Shown: positions 7,870 through 14,595 of the stretch, piece after piece
How positions within the stretch are numbered: the first letter of the stretch is position 1
Layout: each line of letters starts with the position of its first letter
Assembly (NCBI GenBank): GCA_016839815.1
Contig: JAEOTM010000098.1
Location: forward strand, 1-14,595
Length of the DNA: 14,595 nucleotides
From: Candidatus Hodarchaeota archaeon
Lineage (GTDB): Archaea > Asgardarchaeota > Heimdallarchaeia > Hodarchaeales > Hodarchaeaceae
Direction of reading: 5' to 3'
Position numbers and translations under genes: made by a program
Notes under the pieces: model-generated
Database searches by the model: none
Told to the model about the DNA's origin: nothing
The model's input: the letters and a program-made list of their open reading frames with translations, nothing else

Positions 7870-9582
7870 TTAAGTCTTCTGAAAGTATTCCTCTTGGAGA
7901 GAGGTACAGTATTGTTCATCAGCGATTGTATCACTTTGAATATATTGATCGGTTAATCGGATAACACGGTATCCTGGTCTCATCAACAAATAATCGTGTG
8001 TTGCTGCTATAATTGTTTTTCCTTTTTCCGCCAATCCTGTTAGTATATTCATAATTTGAAGTGCTAGTCTACTATCCAGATTCGCTGTTGGTTCATCAAC
8101 CATAATTACATCTCCTCCTTTATATAATGCTGCGGCTAAAGACGCTCGTTGTTGTTGACCACCTGATAACTCAGTAGGAAATACTTTATGATATATTTTA
8201 ATTCCAAGAGTTTCAAGCAATTCATAGAGTGGATTATAGTCTTTAATTTTTTGTTTTAACCGTAACATATTTGGTAGCATTACATTTTCTTCAATAGAAA
8301 GAAAAGGGTGCATTACATAATTCTGGGTGACATAACTTATATTCTTTAAGCGAATCTGCGATTTTTTACCTTCTGATGATTTATGAAATGGTATTCCCAT
8401 TACTTCTAGAAATCCTGAGCTGGGTTTTTCCAAGCCAGTAAGTATGTTAAGTAGGGTTGTTTTTCCTACTCCACTGGGACCAAGGATAGCAACAAACTCT
8501 CCTTGGTTTATTGTAAAAGAAAGGTTATTGAGTACTTGATTTTCTTGCGTTAAGCTCCTGTATGTTTTCCCGATACCTTGTGCAATAATTAACGGATTAT
8601 TTGTTATATTTTTACGACTGAAGGGAGGAGTCTCAATAGACTCTGATTGATCTTCAATGTATATCTCCTCTGGATTTCTCTTAATTCGTGCGAAATCTTC
8701 ACTCAAGTTATGAGTGATTATCACCTGTTTTTCGATTTGCAATCTTCTCAAGATATGATCTGGAATCCGGATTGATTTTGATGAATCCAAGATGGTATTA
8801 TCTGTTACCATCTCTGGTTCTTTGTTTTTTCTCTTAAATAACGATTCACGTTGACTTAGGAGGTTCTCTCCATATTCTTCTGTTGCAAGTCTTCCATCAA
8901 GTATCAGAAGTGCTCTATCAGAGAGTGTTTGAAAACGTATATCATGAGTGGCCACTAGAATTGCAGTACCTGATTTTGTGACTTTTCTCATCAATTTATG
9001 AAGTAGATTCATATTTTCTGAATCAAGTTGACCTGTAGGTTCATCTGCTAGGACAACAAATGGTTTTTTGGAAACTGCTTTTGATAATGCAACTCTCATG
9101 GTTTCACCAGCAGATAATTTTCCACAACGCACATTTGATAATTTTCGAATATTTAAATCAGTAAGAATTTCTTTTGTTCGTTCACGAGCATCCCTAGTTT
9201 TCCATCCTGCATTCAACATCTCCCATGAAATTGCATCGAAAACCTTCATGCGAGGATCAAGATTTTCACGGGCATATTGTGAAAAATGTCCTATGAAACG
9301 TCTTCTGAATTCACGTCGTTTTGTTTCACTCCATTCTTGAATAGGAATATTTCCAACTTTAACCACACCGCTGGATGCATTAACAATTCCTGCAATAATC
9401 AATAGTAACGTTGTTTTCCCAGCACCAGAAGGACCAATTATTGAAATAAGTTCTCCCTTTTTAACTGCTAGATCACATCCCCGTAAGGCTGAAATCTTTG
9501 TGCCATCGAGTTTATGTTGATAAATTTTGATTAAATCCTTTATTTCAACAGCATAGTTATTCTCACTAGAAATAGTACTCAT
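7870..9582 (-). CDS. ABC ATP-binding protein with two LolD/MacB-type NBDs separated by an AbrB/MazE-like segment
   Basis: NBD1: GPSGAGKT, LSAGE, LADEPTGQLD, ATHD. NBD2: GPSGVGKT, LSGGQQQR, VDEPTANLD, ATHD. The likely start ATG 9582 overlaps the permease stop (ATGA) and has GGAGGAGG upstream, giving 570 aa. Confidence 0.92.
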   Translation of the reverse strand: MSTISSENNYAVEIKDLIKIYQHKLDGTKISALRGCDLAVKKGELISIIGPSGAGKTTLLLIIAGIVNASSGVVKVGNIPIQEWSETKRREFRRRFIGHFSQYARENLDPRMKVFDAISWEMLNAGWKTRDARERTKEILTDLNIRKLSNVRCGKLSAGETMRVALSKAVSKKPFVVLADEPTGQLDSENMNLLHKLMRKVTKSGTAILVATHDIRFQTLSDRALLILDGRLATEEYGENLLSQRESLFKRKNKEPEMVTDNTILDSSKSIRIPDHILRRLQIEKQVIITHNLSEDFARIKRNPEEIYIEDQSESIETPPFSRKNITNNPLIIAQGIGKTYRSLTQENQVLNNLSFTINQGEFVAILGPSGVGKTTLLNILTGLEKPSSGFLEVMGIPFHKSSEGKKSQIRLKNISYVTQNYVMHPFLSIEENVMLPNMLRLKQKIKDYNPLYELLETLGIKIYHKVFPTELSGGQQQRASLAAALYKGGDVIMVDEPTANLDSRLALQIMNILTGLAEKGKTIIAATHDYLLMRPGYRVIRLTDQYIQSDTIADEQYCTSLQEEYFQKT

Positions 9583-12500
9583 AACCGAACCTCCTCCAAA
9601 TGACGTTTTGAAAAACGATTGATTTTCAGCATCCAGACTATCATAACGAATCCTAAGATTATTAAAGACCATAGGATTATCAGAAATCCATTATAAATCC
9701 AAACTAAGTCCCTTGCGTTTTCTCCGAAGAATTCCGGTCCACTTGTCGTTGACCAAAGGAATCCAATTAAAACTCCGATCATACTGGGGACGATAACTGA
9801 CAAGATGAGCTCGAAAGATAATTGGGAATTGAAATATCCAGGAGTCGTTCCTGCCCTGTGATATACTTCCAATTCATGTTTCCGTCTCTCAAAAAGAATA
9901 TCTAATAGAATATAAGTATAGAGAATTGGTGTAAGAGTAGCTACAATTACGCTTATGTGGATAATGAATTCAAACAAACGAAAAAATGGATGTCTTTGTA
10001 AACTAATAATTTGGGTCACTACTTCAAGTTTAGCTCCACTAATTTCTTTAATTTTTGTTGCTATGTTGTCAATATCTTCAGATCCTTCGACTTTAACCAA
10101 AGCTTTTCTTTGCTGCAAAGTTTCTACAGTAACTAGAGTACTATCCGTAGCATTCTTCAAAAATAAGTCGTTGATTTGATTCAGTGTTGAAAAACTGATA
10201 ACCATTTGTAATGAATTAGTCACTCCACTTTCTTGGTCAATCAGCTCATGTTTTAAGACTGGAAACTGGTCAAATGAACCAACAATAGTTATGGTGTAAG
10301 TATCTTCTATGTGAGGGAGTTCAAGAGTTATATTATCACCTTCTCTAAGCGCATTGTTGGCTAAGAACTCCTTGGTCATTAGTGTGGTTCCATTTTTAAG
10401 ATCAATAATCGTTGTAATGTCAAATCCATAATCGTCCACATATACTTCAGGTATCACCACTGAATGCATGAAAGTTGCCGGATCAATGGCAAAAAGACCT
10501 ATTTCTGGAGTATTTCTAAACGCAATCTTATCAAAAAAGAACGTGGCGAGATGGTCTACTTCATATAAATTGGATATTTGAGTCTGAATATGAGTGGGTA
10601 TTGTTTCCCAATTATCTACAATAATATCAGTGCCTAATTCATTATAGGCTTCATTTTCATATTTTTGCTCAATTGTGGGTGGGACAATAAACATGGGGAC
10701 GATTAAGAATAAGCTGATAATGAAGATTAAGAGAGCATTTCCATAAATGCTCATATGACGACTTATTCCTTTAAACATTAAGCTCCTTGGGTTCCTAGAA
10801 TATTTCCAACCTAAAGAGCTTAGACTGATGAATAGTCTATTTAATACTTTTGAGAGCACAATCATTGCCCCAAAAGCGGCTACTAATAATGCAAACATAC
10901 GTAATGTTATGATCAATAACTCAGTTGTAGGATCAGTCACACCATTATCGATAGAGATTTGATCTTGGAAAACTGTTGCGAAGAAGTTAGCACCAACTGC
11001 TAATAGGAGTCCGATCAGAATAACAATTATATCACCTTTTACACCACTAATAACTCTTGAATATCGCCAATCCTGATCTTCTAATAACCAACGAATACTG
11101 AGGAGTATACTTACAAAACTTAAGATGATGAAAGTACCAAGAAGTATTATCCATAAGAACTCCAAATTTACTGGTGGAGAAGAGGAGGGATCTATTTCAA
11201 AGAATCCTGTAAACAAAAGGAAATTAGTCACGGTTATTGGAACTAGAAAGGCACTAAACGTAACAGCAAAGGCGGTAGAAATAATCCTTTCTCCAACGAA
11301 CAAAATTAGCTGTATTTCAGTTCTCATTCCTTCTTTACGAAATCGTTGAATTTCCTCTTGCGTTGAGCTCTTAGTCATTCCTAAAGCACCATATGTTAAA
11401 AATAGAAGAAGAACTAAAACAGGAACAGTAAGAAGAGTTCCTTGTAATTGTAAATCACGACTCGCATTAAAGAATCCGCGAAGGAATTCAATAATTCTTG
11501 TATCAGAAAAACTCCCAATCCAAAGAAAACCTGTCTCTTGAAGAGTTTTTTTTCCTAGCGCTTCAAAATTTGAAATAAGACCAGGAATTTTCTCCCTTGA
11601 CAGATTTGAAATCATATATCGGACAGAAATAAATGTTTGAGGAATAATACTTAACCGACTAAATGAGTCTAGAAATGTGTTTGCATGTTTAGGTGTCATA
11701 TAGAATGGTACTGTGTCTAATAATCTCAATCCAGCGACAGTAGTGTTTAAACGATCAGCCCATGCTTTGGTTGAAGAGAATGATAACGATTCTACTTTTT
11801 TAACGACACCTACAACAGATAAATTCTGACTTAAACCTTTCATAGACGTATTGAAGTAAACATCTAATACAGTCCCATGAAGTTCAACCCTTGAATTTAA
11901 ATCCCAAATAATTCCAGATGGGGCATCAGAATTAAAAGGATCATTTTCTACAAACCAATTCTGTTGAAGTAACACTTCTCCTGGTTTTTCAGGTAATCGT
12001 CCATTAACTAATTGAGATTCTAAATAGTCAATCCAATCTTCTTCAATGATAGAAACGTTATGAGGAAAAGGATAATATACAACTTCATCAGGAGCTGTTG
12101 CATTGTCTTCATTTGGGACCATGACTTCTCGTTTTTCAGATAATTGAATTATGGTCATTGTAGACATTTTTGTAGAAATATCGTATACTCCATATCTTAT
12201 CGCAAATGATTGGCTTAAAGACTTAGGTATTTTCCATTCGTTCTCAGAAATGGTATTATTTGCTAGTTCATCATCATAAACAGTACGAATCCAAGTAAAA
12301 TCACCAGCTTCGAAATTTATGTTCTCTCCATCGTTCAACGGATTTTGAATTTCATAGGAATGAAGAAGATTCGCTTGATGACTACTTAGTCCAATTAAAA
12401 GACTCATAAGTATGAGGGATGGGAGAATTAAAACAAAAAATGAACTAATAAGCCTTTTCCAATTTGTTTTTACATGAATAATCCATAAAAATAAAATATT

Positions 12501-14063
12501 ATATGATTTACTTGTTAAATATTGTACTAGATTCTCTTTCCTCTTATCTAGTTCTAAATCTTGGATCTCTTTTGGAAATTGTAACGCTTTTTTTCGCCAA
12601 TATACTACTCCACTGAGAATAGCGATAAAACTAGTAATGAGAAAAACAATGAATAAAAAATTTCTTAACCTATCCTCGAAAGTAATGACTTTTTCAGGTT
12701 CTATCATGACGTCGATATATATAGGAGAAACATTTGGTAATGATTGATCCGAAATGATAAACGCTGTTCCAACCGTGTCATTTAAAATTTTATGTTCTGA
12801 AATAATATAATCTGGAGTCGTCGTTGTTGTAACTAATCCCACTAGTGAAGGAGATTTTAAATCCAAGGTGAAAAAGAAGAAAGTAGTTGAAAAACTGAAA
12901 TCTCTATACTTTTGTCTAACAAGGGTTTTATTATCTGAATTAAAAATAAATAAATCAGCACTTAGAGTAAATATTTCTTGAGCAAAATCGAAACCAGTTG
13001 AAGCTATTCTTACCTCGTTATTATAAGCTTCAATCACAGGAAAAAGCGCGAATTCAAAAGGATCTGGATCAAGATCTGAAAATAGTTGATTTATAGATTG
13101 ATTTTTCCATTGTATTGCATGTTGAACTTCAGCTCCAAAAATGAAAGAATAAATCTTGCCTGAATTAGTAATAGCGAGTGAAGGTTTAGTCATATCTGTT
13201 AACATGAAATCAAATGAAGGTAACGCATTTAAATCGGGGTACTGTGAATAGATTTCAAAAGTATTGTTCTGGGTTTCTTCTAGAAGCGTTAGTGTGGCAA
13301 AAGATGAATTTATCATTACTGCAGAAAGCAAGAATCTCGAATTATTGGCATATCCAACATCAAATACATCGATAACTGGTTGGGGTGGGGAGCTTGGTGG
13401 AAATACAATCGGGTACTTAATACTCGAAAATCCAATGAATTCTGTATTTGTGAAAGTAAGCTTAAATAAGGAACCAGAGTCATCTGTAGTGTTAATACCA
13501 GGGAAATAATATTCAATATGATCATCATATTGAACTGGACCAATTACAGGACCATTAAACGAAACTTCTCTAGGTACATTAATAGTATCAACATTTAAAC
13601 CAGTTTCTGAATTCCAGAAAAATCTTCTTAGAGATGTACCAAAAAAGAAGCTTTTTAAAAAAACTCCCATGATTGAGCCATCTGTAGTTTCAACCAATTC
13701 TTGCCTAAAGAAAATCCCTAAGGTAAAACTAATCGTACCAAATGGAGTCGGTAAAGCTGTTTGTGAATCTATATGATGGTGTTGGGTTGACCCATTAGTT
13801 AATACATTCATATAATATATTTGAACCGTGGCTCCATGACTATAATACAACCAAGTGTGAATATTTCCCCTACTATCTTCTTTTATTCCAATCGGATTCA
13901 AAGTAGGTAAAGTGAAATCATCACCTGTATTTTCTATTGCAAACATAATTGGTTTTACTGAATGTAATTCTGATTTTTGAGCACTGACAGGAGTAATAAA
14001 ACAAGAGCTTTGGAATAGAATTAAAAATATTGAAATTAATACCAGAAGCTGTTTTTTTTTCAT
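9579..14063 (-). CDS. Giant FtsX/MacB-like ABC permease (two FtsX modules) with signal peptide and extra N-terminal extracellular domain
   Basis: Signal peptide MKKKQ-hydrophobic-VSA, then a ~440-aa soluble domain and a TM helix ending WRKK. Two TM + large loop + 3TM units follow, with GRLPEKPGEVLL, LGTDIIV, AIDPATF and GDNITL...ITIVG loop motifs and coupling motifs EEIQRFRKEG and RRKHELEVYHRAG. Confidence 0.88.
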   Translation of the reverse strand: MKKKQLLVLISIFLILFQSSCFITPVSAQKSELHSVKPIMFAIENTGDDFTLPTLNPIGIKEDSRGNIHTWLYYSHGATVQIYYMNVLTNGSTQHHHIDSQTALPTPFGTISFTLGIFFRQELVETTDGSIMGVFLKSFFFGTSLRRFFWNSETGLNVDTINVPREVSFNGPVIGPVQYDDHIEYYFPGINTTDDSGSLFKLTFTNTEFIGFSSIKYPIVFPPSSPPQPVIDVFDVGYANNSRFLLSAVMINSSFATLTLLEETQNNTFEIYSQYPDLNALPSFDFMLTDMTKPSLAITNSGKIYSFIFGAEVQHAIQWKNQSINQLFSDLDPDPFEFALFPVIEAYNNEVRIASTGFDFAQEIFTLSADLFIFNSDNKTLVRQKYRDFSFSTTFFFFTLDLKSPSLVGLVTTTTTPDYIISEHKILNDTVGTAFIISDQSLPNVSPIYIDVMIEPEKVITFEDRLRNFLFIVFLITSFIAILSGVVYWRKKALQFPKEIQDLELDKRKENLVQYLTSKSYNILFLWIIHVKTNWKRLISSFFVLILPSLILMSLLIGLSSHQANLLHSYEIQNPLNDGENINFEAGDFTWIRTVYDDELANNTISENEWKIPKSLSQSFAIRYGVYDISTKMSTMTIIQLSEKREVMVPNEDNATAPDEVVYYPFPHNVSIIEEDWIDYLESQLVNGRLPEKPGEVLLQQNWFVENDPFNSDAPSGIIWDLNSRVELHGTVLDVYFNTSMKGLSQNLSVVGVVKKVESLSFSSTKAWADRLNTTVAGLRLLDTVPFYMTPKHANTFLDSFSRLSIIPQTFISVRYMISNLSREKIPGLISNFEALGKKTLQETGFLWIGSFSDTRIIEFLRGFFNASRDLQLQGTLLTVPVLVLLLFLTYGALGMTKSSTQEEIQRFRKEGMRTEIQLILFVGERIISTAFAVTFSAFLVPITVTNFLLFTGFFEIDPSSSPPVNLEFLWIILLGTFIILSFVSILLSIRWLLEDQDWRYSRVISGVKGDIIVILIGLLLAVGANFFATVFQDQISIDNGVTDPTTELLIITLRMFALLVAAFGAMIVLSKVLNRLFISLSSLGWKYSRNPRSLMFKGISRHMSIYGNALLIFIISLFLIVPMFIVPPTIEQKYENEAYNELGTDIIVDNWETIPTHIQTQISNLYEVDHLATFFFDKIAFRNTPEIGLFAIDPATFMHSVVIPEVYVDDYGFDITTIIDLKNGTTLMTKEFLANNALREGDNITLELPHIEDTYTITIVGSFDQFPVLKHELIDQESGVTNSLQMVISFSTLNQINDLFLKNATDSTLVTVETLQQRKALVKVEGSEDIDNIATKIKEISGAKLEVVTQIISLQRHPFFRLFEFIIHISVIVATLTPILYTYILLDILFERRKHELEVYHRAGTTPGYFNSQLSFELILSVIVPSMIGVLIGFLWSTTSGPEFFGENARDLVWIYNGFLIILWSLIILGFVMIVWMLKINRFSKRHLEEVRL

Positions 14064-14105
14064 TATTTCCGATCCATGATCATTTAATAGAGATTTCTAG
14101 TTTTT

Positions 14106-14143
14106 TAAGTCAAATTAAACTGAATTCAGTTTCATAGGACTTA
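14106..14143. promoter_or_regulatory. 38-bp inverted repeat, putative operator of the ABC operon
   Basis: TAAGTC-aaatt-AAACTGAATTCAGTTT-catag-GACTTA: a perfect 16-bp core palindrome (14117-14132) with co-centred 6-bp outer arms, 43-80 nt upstream of the permease ATG. Confidence 0.6.
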
Positions 14144-14360
14144 TTGACTTAAGAGTTACTATAATTTCCATTGTCGGTAATCTAGTTATTTCTATTCTAA
14201 GTTTGGACTATATTGTCACTTTAATGGACTCCCCCTTCACTTTTTTTTAACCTAACCAACGTGTGAATGCAAAAATAATGTATTTTCAAGAATAGAGGAT
14301 CAAGTACCTAAACTCAGCAAGAAAACTATTGGTTTGAAGAATTTTGACCGAATATTCGTT

Positions 14361-14594
14361 TTACAGCTCTGTTATGGTTTCTCTGATAGTAATATCTCTC
14401 TTCTCCAGTTCTTTCAGGAGTATGTTGTAACACGTACTATTTTGTCCTATATACTCAGGTGGAGATATCCCTTTCTTATTGTAAAGGCCTTTAGCAACGA
14501 GACGGGTAACTATGGAGCAAGTATAACCTGTAGTACGGGCCATGGATAGTGTCTTTGAGTTTCTATCATAACGGTCAAGCATATCATAACAGTA
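14361..14594 (-). CDS. Saccharopine dehydrogenase family protein, C-terminal part (5' end outside the window)
   Basis: YDMLDRYD...SMARTTGYTCSI...GISPPEYIG matches the saccharopine/lysine dehydrogenase C-terminal pattern. The frame stays open to the window edge. Confidence 0.85.
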   Translation of the reverse strand, partial: YCYDMLDRYDRNSKTLSMARTTGYTCSIVTRLVAKGLYNKKGISPPEYIGQNSTCYNILLKELEKRDITIRETITEL

Positions 14595-14595
14595 A

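Noticed and set aside
9583-9672. 30-aa N-terminal extension of the ATPase in the ORF track
   Set aside because: It overlaps the permease. ATG 9582 has a strong ribosome-binding site and an ATGA coupling overlap.
9068-13543. Short ORFs 9068-9340, 9955-10179, 11125-11349, 13264-13509 and 13316-13543
   Set aside because: All are nested in the ABC genes (antisense or alternate frame) with no recognisable motifs.
14334-14549. 71-aa + strand ORF
   Set aside because: Antisense to the saccharopine dehydrogenase C-terminus.

Overview
AT-rich (roughly one-third GC by eye), gene-dense prokaryotic window. An archaeal origin, possibly Asgard (Heimdall/Loki-like), is inferred only from gene style: TATA-like AT boxes, GGAGG/GGTG ribosome-binding sites, frequent GTG/TTG starts and a secreted domain rich in N-glycosylation sequons. 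The left half is an accessory metabolic region. It holds a zinc-ribbon membrane protein, an atypical SDR, a stand-alone 2-oxoacid-dehydrogenase E2-like acyltransferase, and a putative TetR-regulated operon (two paralogous micro-membrane proteins, an alpha/beta hydrolase, TetR, an MDR oxidoreductase). It also holds a DUF998-like membrane protein and three gene remnants, two missing from the ORF track (winged-helix, membrane protein) and one only partly captured (flavodoxin-like). The right half holds the most unusual element, a translationally coupled two-gene MacB/FtsX (type VII)-like ABC system. Its 1494-aa double-FtsX permease carries an extra ~440-aa secreted N-terminal domain and an extra TM helix. 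Its ATPase has two LolD-type NBDs joined by an AbrB/MazE-like segment, and a 38-bp inverted repeat lies just upstream of the pair. The window ends in the 3' part of a saccharopine dehydrogenase-family gene. No RNA genes, CRISPR arrays or transposases were recognised.
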